64,000 nucleotides of DNA, taken from Terriglobia bacterium (GTDB taxonomy: Bacteria > Acidobacteriota > Terriglobia > 20CM-2-55-15). The notes beneath the pieces were generated by a model. That model saw only the letters and a program-made list of their open reading frames with translations. It made no database searches and had not been told where the DNA came from. The stretch covers positions 69 to 64,068 of the forward strand of contig DASXLG010000202.1 of NCBI GenBank assembly GCA_036496425.1, given 5' to 3'. This document shows positions 45,905 through 55,556 of this stretch, piece after piece (the stretch's first letter is position 1; each line of letters begins with the position of its first letter). The translations under genes and the position numbers were made by a program.

Positions 45905-46363
45905 ATGACAAACCCGTTTCTGGTTTCAGCGCGGTTCAGAGTCCTGGGGCTGCTGCTCGCAATGTTTTCAGGCTGCGCAAATAAAGAATACCGAGTCGAA
46001 CGAATCGATAACGGGCAGGTCGTTCGTATTCCGCTGAAGTTCGAGTCAATGAGTGGAATGCGTGATGGTGAACTGGTCAGAGCTGTCCCGGTATTTACGG
46101 ATGGCATGGATGAAATACGTCTCGACATCCATGTGCGTCTTGGACCGCCGATCTTATTTGCAACGGGTGCTTATAACGCAAAAATCGGGAACCAAACGAG
46201 CGAAGGACCGATTGTCTGCGATTCGTTCTCGTTTCAGGGTGGCCAGGATGCGCTGCCGAGCGTTGGCGGAACCTTCCGGCTCCAGGACAATGCAACCGGC
46301 CGTACGATATTCCGGGTTACGATGCCGGCGACTCCGATCACTCCAAAAAGAATTCCCGAATAG
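45905..46363 (+). CDS. lipoprotein (hypothetical)
   Basis: Lipobox LAMFSGC. 152 aa. Lies in a lower-GC neighbourhood shared with vapBC. Confidence 0.5.
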   Translation: MTNPFLVSARFRVLGLLLAMFSGCANKEYRVERIDNGQVVRIPLKFESMSGMRDGELVRAVPVFTDGMDEIRLDIHVRLGPPILFATGAYNAKIGNQTSEGPIVCDSFSFQGGQDALPSVGGTFRLQDNATGRTIFRVTMPATPITPKRIPE

Positions 46364-46533
46364 ATGTTTAACATGTGGGCTCGATACCACACTGGCCGAG
46401 GCCCGCCGAACACGGAGATCGGAATCCGGATCGCTCTCGTTCGGACTCGTGCCGTTGGACCGGAACGTTCGCTGCAGTGCGGGCCGCATTCGCCGGCGTC
46501 GGTCCGCTGGTGGCGCTGCATTATGAATAGCGG

Positions 46534-46992
46534 CTACGGCCGCTGAAGCATCTCGATACGGTTGCCCGCCGGGTCGATCGCGATGCCGATCACGATACCG
46601 GTGTTCTGGAATGGCCGCGGTTCGCCTGCCATCGAACCGCCGGCGGCTTTGATGGCGGCGACCGTCGCCGCCATATTCTTCACATTGAAAATAATGTGCG
46701 GGATCGGATCCTTGATGTCGTCGGCATCGCGGTGCATGAGCACGACCGGTTCAGCCTTGTTGGCTTTCGCGGCCTCGACCGTCGGGCCGAAGTTCACGAA
46801 AATCTCGGGGCCAGCCTGTCCACCGATTCGATTGACCTCCTGCATTCCGAAGGCGGCCTGATAAAACTTCGCGAGCGCGACAGTGTCTTTCGCGCCGACT
46901 CGCACCGAATTCAGCGAAACTTGGGCATTTGCTGCGCCCGCGAGGAGCAGCGCGGCGAGGACGGATATTGCGGCCGTGTAGATTCTCTTCAT
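46534..46992 (-). CDS. secreted VOC-family (glyoxalase/bleomycin-resistance fold) protein
   Basis: Trimmed to the ATG at 46992 (MKRIYTAAISVLAALLLAGAANAQ, a signal peptide). Glyoxalase-like fold in the remainder. Confidence 0.7.
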   Translation of the reverse strand: MKRIYTAAISVLAALLLAGAANAQVSLNSVRVGAKDTVALAKFYQAAFGMQEVNRIGGQAGPEIFVNFGPTVEAAKANKAEPVVLMHRDADDIKDPIPHIIFNVKNMAATVAAIKAAGGSMAGEPRPFQNTGIVIGIAIDPAGNRIEMLQRP

Positions 46993-47083
46993 TGAAGTCT
47001 CCAGTAGTTTGTTGTGCACTCGTGAATATAAAGCACGCGCCGACTTTGCGCAAAGCGGACACCCCGAAAGAATTACCGGCTTT

Positions 47084-50000
47084 TTATGCTTCCTGTTCTT
47101 GAGACCAGTCCTCACGGGCTGGGGACCTGCGGGTGCTTTCCCACCAGACGCGGAGCCGGTCGAAGTAGAGGTAGACGACGGGAGTGGTGAAGAGCGTCAG
47201 CATCTGGCTGACAATCAGACCGCCGATGATCGTGATGCCGAGCGGACGGCGGAGTTCCGAGCCGGTGCCGGTTCCGAGAGCCAGCGGCAAGGCTCCGAGC
47301 AAGGCCGCCATGGTTGTCATGACGATTGGACGGAAGCGCAGAATGCAGGCCTCGAAGATGGCGTCGCGGGAATTCATGCCTTCGTTTCGTTCGGCGGCAA
47401 TGGCGAAGTCGATCATCATGATCGCGTTTTTCTTGACCAGGCCGATCAGCAGGATGATTCCGATCATGGCAATGACGCTCAAATCCGTGTGCGTGACCAT
47501 CAATGCCAGCAGCGCCCCGCCTCCGGCGGACGGCAGCGTCGACAAAATCGTAATCGGGTGAATGTAGCTCTCGTAGAGCATTCCAAGCACGAGAAACACC
47601 GTAACCAGAGCCGCGGCAATGAGCAGCGGCTCGCTGTTCAGCGAGGATTGGTAGGCCTGAGCCGTCCCGGTGAACGACGTTTGTACGGTGCGCGGCAGTC
47701 CGACTTTCGACGCTGCGGCGCCGATCGCAGCGACCGCGTCACCCAGAGCGACCCCCGGCTGCAGATTGAATGACAACGTCACTGCCGGAAACAGTCCCTG
47801 GTGTGAGATCGTCAACGGCGCCGTGGCGGGAGCGAAGCGAGCAAATGCAGCCAGCGGTACCTGTTGCTTGTTGGAGGAATTGACGTAGAGCTGTTTGAGA
47901 AACTGCGGATCCTGCCAGTATTGCGGCGCCACTTCCATCACGACGAAATATTGATTCAGCGACGTATACATCGTCGAAACCGGGCGCTGGCCGAAAGCAT
48001 CGTAGAGGGTGTTGTCGATCAACTGGGACGAAATGCCGAATCGCGCCGCCGTTTTCCGGTCGTAGGTCACCATGCTCTGCAGCCCGCGATCCTGCTGGTC
48101 GCTGCTCACGTCCGCGATAATCGGAATCTTGAACAGTTCTTCCAGCATCTTCGGAGCGACTTCATCCAGATCCGCCAGGTTGTCGCCTTGAAGCGTGTAT
48201 TGATATTGCGCATTGCTCTGACGGCCGCCGATGCGTAAATCTTGAAATGCCTGCAGATAGAGCGTCGCGCCGGGTATCGCGGCCAGCTTCGGGCGCAGCC
48301 GCTTTATGACGCCATCGACGTTTAATTTCCGCTCTGCAAGCGGCTTGAGCATGATCAGCATGCGCCCGCTATTGACCGTCGAATTGCCGCCGCCGCCGCT
48401 GAACGCCTGCACGGTTTCCACTCCGGGATCGGCAGACACCACGGCCACCATCTTTCGCAGAATCCCGTCCATTGCCTGAAAGGATGTGTCCTGATCCCCG
48501 ACAACGTTGCCGTTCATACGTCCGGTGTCCTGCTGTGGAAAGAAGCCCTTCGGAATCTGAACGAACAGGTACACATTCAAAGCAATCGTTGCAAACAACA
48601 CCATCAGCGTGACAAACGAGTGGCGAAGTACAACGTTGAGAGCACGGCCGTATCCATTCACGATCGAGTTGAAAACGTTCTCGCTGGCCCGATAGAACCT
48701 GCCATGCGCCGCGTGCTCCTTCAGAAAATGCGCGCACATCATGGGCGTCGTCGTCAGAGAGACGACCATCGATACGGCGATAGCAATGGAAAGCGTGATG
48801 GAGAATTCCCGCAACAGCCGCCCGACGATTCCCCCCATAAGCAGCAGGGGAATGAATACCGCGATCAACGAAATACTGATGGTGAGAACAGTGGATCCGA
48901 TTTCGCTCGCTCCCTTCAGGGCGGCATCGAACGGGCGCATTCCCTGCTCCAGATAACGCGAAACGTTCTCGATCACGACGATGGCGTCGTCCACGACGAA
49001 GCCGGTCGAGATCGTGAGCGCCATGAGCGACAGATTGTCCAGACTGAAATGCAGGAGATACATCGCCCCGAACGTGCCCACGAGGGATATCGGGACCGCC
49101 ACGGAGGGAATAAGCGTCGTCCGCCAGTCGCGCAGAAAAATAAAGACGACCAGGATCACCAGCAGCACGGAGAGCGAGAGCGTGCGCTCGACCTCATGGA
49201 CAGAGGCCCGGATCGTCACGGTCTGATCGATCGCGATCCGCATCTGGATGGACTTGGGAATGGAAGCCTGAATCTCGGGCAGCGCGGCGCGAATTCGATC
49301 GACGGTATCAATGATGTTGGCGCCGGGCTGACGGTAAATGATCACCAGAACCGACGGCTTGCCGTTGGCATATCCGCTGTTACGCAGATCCTGCACGGAA
49401 TCGATCACTTCGGCGACGTCGCTGAGCCGCACCGCGGTGCCGTGGCTGTATGTGATGAGAAGCGGCTTGTAATCGATCGCTTTAAACATCTGATCGTTCG
49501 CGCCGATTTCCCACTGCTGCAGGTCGTTCGTGAAGTGACCTTTAGGAGTGTTGGCGTTCGCGCTGGCCAGCGCGGTCCGGACCTGTTCGAGACCGATTCC
49601 ATATTTGCTCAGGACGTTGGGGTTGAGTTCCACGCGGACGGCAGGGAGAGAGCTGCCGCCCACCTGGACCTGGCCGACTCCCTGCATTTGCGACAGCCGC
49701 TGGGCCATGATCGTCGAAGCGGCATCGTAAATCCGGCCTTTGTCCAGGACATCGGACGTCAGGGCCAGCAGCAGAATCGGAGAATCGGCCGGATTCACTT
49801 TCCGGTATGTCGGATTGCTTGGAAGGTTCGCAGGCAGATAGCCGCGGGCCGCGGCAATCGCAGCCTGTACATCTCTTGCGGCCGCGTCGATATTGCGGTC
49901 GAGGTCGAACTGCAGCGTGATTCTGGTGGAGCCGAGCGTGCTCGTAGACGTCATTTCCGTCACCGCCGCGACACGGCCGAATTGCCGCTCCAGCGGCGTC

Positions 50001-50191
50001 GCGACGGAGGAAGCCATCGTTTCCGGACTTGCTCCGGGCAGGCCGGCCTGCACCGAAATCGTCGGAAAATCGACTTGAGGAAGCGGCGATACGGGCAGCA
50101 GCAGGAAGGCGACAGCGCCGGCCAGCGCCACTGCCGCAGACAGCAGCGTTGTTGCAACCGGTCTTCGAACAAATGGCTCGGAAAGATTCAT
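47084..50191 (-). CDS. efflux RND transporter permease (MdtC-like, second of tandem pair)
   Basis: Trimmed to the ATG at 50191 (MNLSEPFVRRPVATTLL...), giving 1035 aa with AcrB/MdtB/MdtC family architecture. Confidence 0.9.
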   Translation of the reverse strand: MNLSEPFVRRPVATTLLSAAVALAGAVAFLLLPVSPLPQVDFPTISVQAGLPGASPETMASSVATPLERQFGRVAAVTEMTSTSTLGSTRITLQFDLDRNIDAAARDVQAAIAAARGYLPANLPSNPTYRKVNPADSPILLLALTSDVLDKGRIYDAASTIMAQRLSQMQGVGQVQVGGSSLPAVRVELNPNVLSKYGIGLEQVRTALASANANTPKGHFTNDLQQWEIGANDQMFKAIDYKPLLITYSHGTAVRLSDVAEVIDSVQDLRNSGYANGKPSVLVIIYRQPGANIIDTVDRIRAALPEIQASIPKSIQMRIAIDQTVTIRASVHEVERTLSLSVLLVILVVFIFLRDWRTTLIPSVAVPISLVGTFGAMYLLHFSLDNLSLMALTISTGFVVDDAIVVIENVSRYLEQGMRPFDAALKGASEIGSTVLTISISLIAVFIPLLLMGGIVGRLLREFSITLSIAIAVSMVVSLTTTPMMCAHFLKEHAAHGRFYRASENVFNSIVNGYGRALNVVLRHSFVTLMVLFATIALNVYLFVQIPKGFFPQQDTGRMNGNVVGDQDTSFQAMDGILRKMVAVVSADPGVETVQAFSGGGGNSTVNSGRMLIMLKPLAERKLNVDGVIKRLRPKLAAIPGATLYLQAFQDLRIGGRQSNAQYQYTLQGDNLADLDEVAPKMLEELFKIPIIADVSSDQQDRGLQSMVTYDRKTAARFGISSQLIDNTLYDAFGQRPVSTMYTSLNQYFVVMEVAPQYWQDPQFLKQLYVNSSNKQQVPLAAFARFAPATAPLTISHQGLFPAVTLSFNLQPGVALGDAVAAIGAAASKVGLPRTVQTSFTGTAQAYQSSLNSEPLLIAAALVTVFLVLGMLYESYIHPITILSTLPSAGGGALLALMVTHTDLSVIAMIGIILLIGLVKKNAIMMIDFAIAAERNEGMNSRDAIFEACILRFRPIVMTTMAALLGALPLALGTGTGSELRRPLGITIIGGLIVSQMLTLFTTPVVYLYFDRLRVWWESTRRSPAREDWSQEQEA

Positions 50192-50196
50192 GATTC

Positions 50197-53100
50197 CTAG
50201 CGGGCCGGCTCCGCGGCCTGCCCGAACGTTTCCATTTCCACGCTTTTGCCCGAGAGGCGGCGCGCCAGCCGCCCGAACCAGAGATAGATCACAGGAGTCG
50301 TGTAGAGCGTCAGCATCTGGCTGAAGATCAGGCCGCCAATGATCGTGATCCCGAGAGGCCGCCGGAGTTCCGCTCCGGTTCCCGTTCCCAGAGCAAGCGG
50401 GACTCCGCCGATCAAAGCGGCAACAGTGGTCATCAGAATCGGGCGGAAGCGCAACAAACATGCCTGATAAATCGCGTCGAGCGGCGCCATGCCCTGCTTT
50501 CTCTCGGCTTCGAGCGCAAAGTCGATCATCATGATCGCGTTTTTCTGCACGATTCCAATCAGCAGCACGATTCCAATCAAGGCGATAACACTGAAATCGT
50601 TGCGCGTGATCATCAGCGCCAGCAGCGCTCCGACGCCCGCGGACGGCAGCGTCGAGAGAATCGTGAGCGGGTGAATGTAGCTTTCGTAAAGAACGCCCAG
50701 CACGATGTATACGGTCACCAGCGCGGCCAGAATGAGGATGGGTTCGTTCGCCAGCGACGCCAGAAATGCCTGGGCCGTTCCCTGAAAGGCGGTCTGCATG
50801 CTCTGCGGCACGCCGATCTGCGCCTTGACTTCATCCACGGCCTTCACGGCATCGCCCAGCGACGCGTTGGGAGCCAGATTGAAAGAGAAAGTCACCACCG
50901 GGAACTGGCCCTGATGGTTGACGGTGATTGGAGACGATGTCAACTCCACGCGGGAAAACGCGCTGAGTGGAACCTGTCCCCCGTTCGGAAAAACAGCTGA
51001 AGCCGCCGAAGTGCTGTTGCCGAACACGGCGCCCGACGCCTGTGACCCGGATGCCGGCGACGTCGCCCCTGTCAGAATGGCGGCCGTCGATGTCGCCGCG
51101 GCATTTTTCGGACCTGTCGAAATACTGGTCGACGATGAGCCGCCTGAAACGATGCCGCTCGAATTGCCTGAGATTCCGGTACGGATGAAAAGCCTGTTCA
51201 GGTCAAGCGGGCTCTGCTGGAACTCCGGTTTCACCTCGAGCACGACGTGATACTGGTTCAACTGCGTGAACATCGTCGAAACCTGGCGCTGCCCGTAGGC
51301 GTCATACAGCGTCTGATCGATCGCCGAGGTTGTTATGCCGAAACGATCGGCGGTGTCGCGGTCATAAACGATGGTTGCCCGCAAGCCCTGCACCTGTTGG
51401 TCCGATGCGACGTCGCGAAGCTCCGGCCGCGATTGCAGCCCTTTCAGCATCTTCGGCACATATGAATTCAGCTCTGTGGCGCTCGGGTCTTCGAGGGTGT
51501 ATTGGAACTGTGTGCGGCTGACGCGGTCCTCGACGCTCAGATCCTGGACCGGCTGCATGAAAAGCGTGATCCCGGAGACCTCCGCCAGCTGAGGCTGAAG
51601 CCGCCGGATGATGCTGGTAGCGCTTATCTTGCGGTCTTCAAGAGGCTTCAGGTTGATCTGAATGCGCCCGCTGTTCATCGTGGTATTTGTACCGTCGATG
51701 CCGATGAACGACGAAAGGCTTTCCACCGCAGGATCTTTCATGATTACTTGCGCCAGCACCTGCTGCTGCCGCGACATCTGCGCAAACGATACGGTCTGGG
51801 CCCCTTCCGAAATACCCTGAATCACGCCGGTGTCCTGAATGGGAAAGAAGCCCTTGGGAATCACGTTGAAGAGGTAAAACGTGAACCCGAGAGTTGCTGC
51901 CGCGACCAGAAGCGTGGTGGTTCGAAAACGGAGCACAACCTGCAGCGTCCGGCCATACAAAGCGATGATGCCGTTAAACACGCGCTCCGATACATGGTAG
52001 AAGCGGCTCTGTTCCTCTTCTCTCTTATAGCGCAGCAGTTTTGAACACATCATCGGCGTCAGCGTCAGCGACACCACGGCGGAGACCAGAATCGTCACGG
52101 CGAGCGTGACGGCGAACTCGCGGAAAAGACGGCCGACGATGTCGCCCATGAACAGCAGGGGGATGAGCACCGCGATCAGCGAGATCGTCAACGAGACGAT
52201 CGTGAACCCGATCTGCTCCGAGCCCTTCAGCGCAGCCTGCATCGGAGTCTCGCCTTCTTCAATGTAGCGGCTGATGTTTTCGATCATCACGATCGCGTCA
52301 TCGACGACGAAACCTGTCGAGATCGTCAGCGCCATCAAGGTCAGGTTGTTCAGGCTGTAGCCCAGCAGGTACATCACGCCGAACGTTCCGACCAGCGAAA
52401 GCGGGACGGCGATACTCGGTATCACCGTGGCAGCAACATTGCGAAGAAACAGAAAAATCACCAATACCACCAGCGCCACCGTGAGCATGAGCTCGAACTG
52501 GACGTCGGAGACCGAGGCGCGGATAGTGTTGGTCCGGTCGGTGAGGATGCTGACCTGCACGGTTTTCGGGAGCGTGTTCGTCAATTGCGGCAGCAACTGC
52601 TTCACACGATCGACGACTGCAATAATATTGGCCGCCGGCTGACGTTGAATATTGACGATGACGGCGGGAGTGCTGTTCATCCACGCGGCCTGCCGCAGGT
52701 TTTCCGTATCGTCTTTGACGGTTGCAACGTTGGACAGCTTGACGGGAGCTCCGTTCCGGTAGGCAACCACCAGACCGGTATAGTCTGCGCTGGAGAGCAA
52801 CTGGTCATTCGAACCGATCTGGAAATCCTGCTGAGAACCGTCGAAGTTTCCTTTAGCCTGATTCACGTTCGCGGCGGCGATGGCGCTGCGCACATCCTCG
52901 AGGTTGATGCCGTACGACGCCAGCATTGTCGGATTCGCCTGAATCCGGACAGCCGGTTTCTGCCCGCCGCTGATGCTCACCAGACCGACGCCCGGGAGTT
53001 GCGAGATTTTCGGAGCAAGACGCGTATCCGCAAGGTCTTCGACGTTCGAGAGCGGAATATCGGCAGAACTCATCGCCAGTGTCAGAATCGGCGTGTCCGC

Positions 53101-53502
53101 AGGGTTGGTCTTGCTGTAGACGGGGGGCGCCGGGAGATCCGGCGGCAGGTACGTTCCGGCGGCGTTGATGGACTGCTGAACCTCCTGCTCCGCCACGTCG
53201 ATGTTCAAACTGAGACTGAATTGAAGGGTGATAACCGAACTGCCGTCGGAACTGGTCGACGTCATCTGCTGCAACCCCGGCACCTGCCCGAACTGGCGCT
53301 CCAGAGGAGCCGTGACCGACGAGGCCATGACATCGGGACTTGCTCCCGGATAGAACGTCACAACCTGGATGATCGGATAATCGACTTCCGGCAATGCCGA
53401 AACCGGAAGCTCTTCGTAGGCGACGGCGCCGGCGAGTAGAATGCCCGCCATCAACAACGACGTTGCAACCGGGCGCAGGATGAACGTCCGGGACGGGCTC
53501 AT
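50197..53502 (-). CDS. efflux RND transporter permease (MdtB-like) with low-complexity periplasmic insert
   Basis: 1101 aa. About 70 aa of S/G/T/A-rich low-complexity sequence (...[61 protein letters not shown]...) is inserted in the periplasmic domain. Confidence 0.9.
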   Translation of the reverse strand: MSPSRTFILRPVATSLLMAGILLAGAVAYEELPVSALPEVDYPIIQVVTFYPGASPDVMASSVTAPLERQFGQVPGLQQMTSTSSDGSSVITLQFSLSLNIDVAEQEVQQSINAAGTYLPPDLPAPPVYSKTNPADTPILTLAMSSADIPLSNVEDLADTRLAPKISQLPGVGLVSISGGQKPAVRIQANPTMLASYGINLEDVRSAIAAANVNQAKGNFDGSQQDFQIGSNDQLLSSADYTGLVVAYRNGAPVKLSNVATVKDDTENLRQAAWMNSTPAVIVNIQRQPAANIIAVVDRVKQLLPQLTNTLPKTVQVSILTDRTNTIRASVSDVQFELMLTVALVVLVIFLFLRNVAATVIPSIAVPLSLVGTFGVMYLLGYSLNNLTLMALTISTGFVVDDAIVMIENISRYIEEGETPMQAALKGSEQIGFTIVSLTISLIAVLIPLLFMGDIVGRLFREFAVTLAVTILVSAVVSLTLTPMMCSKLLRYKREEEQSRFYHVSERVFNGIIALYGRTLQVVLRFRTTTLLVAAATLGFTFYLFNVIPKGFFPIQDTGVIQGISEGAQTVSFAQMSRQQQVLAQVIMKDPAVESLSSFIGIDGTNTTMNSGRIQINLKPLEDRKISATSIIRRLQPQLAEVSGITLFMQPVQDLSVEDRVSRTQFQYTLEDPSATELNSYVPKMLKGLQSRPELRDVASDQQVQGLRATIVYDRDTADRFGITTSAIDQTLYDAYGQRQVSTMFTQLNQYHVVLEVKPEFQQSPLDLNRLFIRTGISGNSSGIVSGGSSSTSISTGPKNAAATSTAAILTGATSPASGSQASGAVFGNSTSAASAVFPNGGQVPLSAFSRVELTSSPITVNHQGQFPVVTFSFNLAPNASLGDAVKAVDEVKAQIGVPQSMQTAFQGTAQAFLASLANEPILILAALVTVYIVLGVLYESYIHPLTILSTLPSAGVGALLALMITRNDFSVIALIGIVLLIGIVQKNAIMMIDFALEAERKQGMAPLDAIYQACLLRFRPILMTTVAALIGGVPLALGTGTGAELRRPLGITIIGGLIFSQMLTLYTTPVIYLWFGRLARRLSGKSVEMETFGQAAEPAR

Positions 53503-54803
53503 GAATTTCCACCCTGCTTGTCTTTCGGGTTTTCTCCCTGGATCTGCGCACGAACCGCGCTGCCTTCGATCAACTTGTCCACACCGGTCAAGACGACGGT
53601 GTCATCCGCATCCAGGCCGGTTGTGATTTCGCTTTGATCGCCCTCGGTCGTTCCGATCGTGACGTTGCGGAGCGTCACCGTTGAATCCGGCTTTACAAGG
53701 AAGACATAGGTGTTCGTTCCGGACCGCTGAATTCCTGCCGAGTTCACCAGCACCACGTTCTGTTTTTGCTGCACCAGCAGCCGGATGTTGACGAACTGGC
53801 TGGGGAACAAGGCGTCGTCCTTGTTGTCGAACGTTGCGCGCAGGCGCAGGGTGCCGGTGGTCTGGTCGATGACGTTGTCCAGAGTCGTCAGGGTCCCCTG
53901 GGCAATCTTCTTTGCCATGTCGTGGGAGAAGGCATCAACTTGAAGCGTCTGTCCGGCGCGCATCCGATTGCGTATATCGGGAAGCTGATCTTCCGGAATC
54001 GTAAAAATCACGCTGATCGGTTGAAACTGAGTGATGACAACCAGTCCATTCGTGTCCGACGCGTGCACGATGTTTCCCGGATCCACCAGGCGAAGTCCGA
54101 CACGGCCGGTGATCGGCGCCGTGATCTTGGAGTAGAGAAGATTCAACTTGGCGCTGTCGATCATGCCCTGATCGGCTTTCACTACGCCTTCGTTCTGGGC
54201 CACCACAGCCCGCTGGGTCGCCAGCTGCTGTTCCGGAATCGCGTTCTGCTGAAGAAGCATTTGATAACGGGTCAGATCCACTCTCGCGTTGTTGAGGATG
54301 GCCTGATCGCGACCCAGTTGCCCTTCATATTGATCCAGCTGTGCCTGATACGGACGCGGGTCCACCTCCATCAGAAGCTGGCCTTTCTGAACGAGATCGC
54401 CTTCATGGTAGAGAATGTTGATCAGTTCCCCATCCACCCGCGTCTTTATCGTGTCGGTGTAGATCGGTGTCACCGCGCCAAGCCCCGTCAGGTATACGCC
54501 GATATTGCCGCGTTTCGCGCGAGTGGCCACCACCGGCACCGCATTGGAATTCGCCTTCTGGTCGGCCGAAGCTTTGTTCGCCGCCTGCGTGCCCTGGGGA
54601 CTGCCGCCTCTGAACCAGTAGAGCCAGGCGCCAACGCCCAGCAAAACGAGGACAAGCAGCCAGCCCCATCGGCCCTTGCCCCCGCTTTTGGGAGGCGGCT
54701 GTGGCGGTAGCGTCGTGTGCCCGGGCGACGGCATCTCCCGGATCGTGGGTTCTTTGATTTCAATAGAAGATTGTTTGATTTCGTTTAATGATTCTGGCGT
54801 CAT
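53499..54803 (-). CDS. efflux RND periplasmic adaptor (membrane fusion protein, MdtA-like)
   Basis: 434 aa. N-terminal TM followed by HlyD-family lipoyl, beta-barrel and MP domains. ATGA overlap with the first RND gene. Confidence 0.85.
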   Translation of the reverse strand: MTPESLNEIKQSSIEIKEPTIREMPSPGHTTLPPQPPPKSGGKGRWGWLLVLVLLGVGAWLYWFRGGSPQGTQAANKASADQKANSNAVPVVATRAKRGNIGVYLTGLGAVTPIYTDTIKTRVDGELINILYHEGDLVQKGQLLMEVDPRPYQAQLDQYEGQLGRDQAILNNARVDLTRYQMLLQQNAIPEQQLATQRAVVAQNEGVVKADQGMIDSAKLNLLYSKITAPITGRVGLRLVDPGNIVHASDTNGLVVITQFQPISVIFTIPEDQLPDIRNRMRAGQTLQVDAFSHDMAKKIAQGTLTTLDNVIDQTTGTLRLRATFDNKDDALFPSQFVNIRLLVQQKQNVVLVNSAGIQRSGTNTYVFLVKPDSTVTLRNVTIGTTEGDQSEITTGLDADDTVVLTGVDKLIEGSAVRAQIQGENPKDKQGGNS

Positions 54804-54860
54804 CGAGACTCAAGTGTGGGCTCTGTTTGCGGTTAGCGCTACTGCAAAATGACAGATCGG

Positions 54861-54884
54861 TGTATATGTCAAATGACATATACA
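54861..54884. promoter_or_regulatory. 24-bp dyad operator candidate TGTATATGTCA-aa-TGACATATACA upstream of the efflux operon
   Basis: Perfect 11-bp inverted repeat with a 2-nt spacer. AT-rich. Located in the 110-bp gap between the response-regulator stop and the MFP start. Confidence 0.45.
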
Positions 54885-54912
54885 AAGGGCCGTGTTTCCA
54901 GCGCAGCCGCTC

Positions 54913-55548
54913 TTACCCGTCAACCCGGAGGATGCCGCGCTGGAGCGCGATGGAAACGGCGTGCGTCCGGTCGGAGGCCCCGAGTTTGGCCAGGATGTGC
55001 TGGACGTGGATCCGGACGGTGCCGTCCGAGGTGCCGAGTTGATCCGCGACCTCTTTATTGCCGAGGCCCTTGGCAATCAAGGAAAGCACTTCCTCTTCGC
55101 GGGGAGTCAGCGCGGGCTGCGGCAGATATGCCGCGAGGCGTTCGCTGACTTCAGCGGGCATCAGCCGCTTGCCGGAATGGACGGTCCGTATCGCGCGAAC
55201 CACCTCTGTGTGAACCATTTCCTTCAGGAGGTAACCCTGCACGCCGGCCTTCAGCGTCCGGTAGATTTCCTGATCGCCGGCATAGCTGGTGAGCGCGATG
55301 ATTTTCGCATCGGGAAATTCACGAAGGATGGCTTCGGTGGCGGCGATACCGTCCATACCCGGCATCCGCAGATCAATAAGGGTCACATCGGGCACATGGA
55401 TCCGGAAGAGTTCCAGCGCTTCCTGGCCGGTGCCGGCTTCGGCAACCAGATGGATATCGGACTCCGCGGCGAGAATCCAGGCGATTCCCTTGCGAACCAG
55501 CGGATGATCGTCCGCGCACAAAACGTCGATGCGTCCGTCGGCGCCCAT
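54913..55548 (-). CDS. LuxR/NarL-family response regulator
   Basis: REC domain plus a C-terminal LuxR-type HTH (LTPREEEVLSLIAKGLGNKEVADQLGTSDGTVRIHVQHILAKLG). Confidence 0.9.
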   Translation of the reverse strand: MGADGRIDVLCADDHPLVRKGIAWILAAESDIHLVAEAGTGQEALELFRIHVPDVTLIDLRMPGMDGIAATEAILREFPDAKIIALTSYAGDQEIYRTLKAGVQGYLLKEMVHTEVVRAIRTVHSGKRLMPAEVSERLAAYLPQPALTPREEEVLSLIAKGLGNKEVADQLGTSDGTVRIHVQHILAKLGASDRTHAVSIALQRGILRVDG

Positions 55549-55556
55549 AAATAGGT

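Noticed and set aside
48620-50200. 526-aa ORF antisense to the RND permease gene
   Set aside because: R/G/H/D-rich low-complexity product. The opposite strand encodes a highly conserved AcrB-family protein. This is a spurious high-GC antisense ORF.
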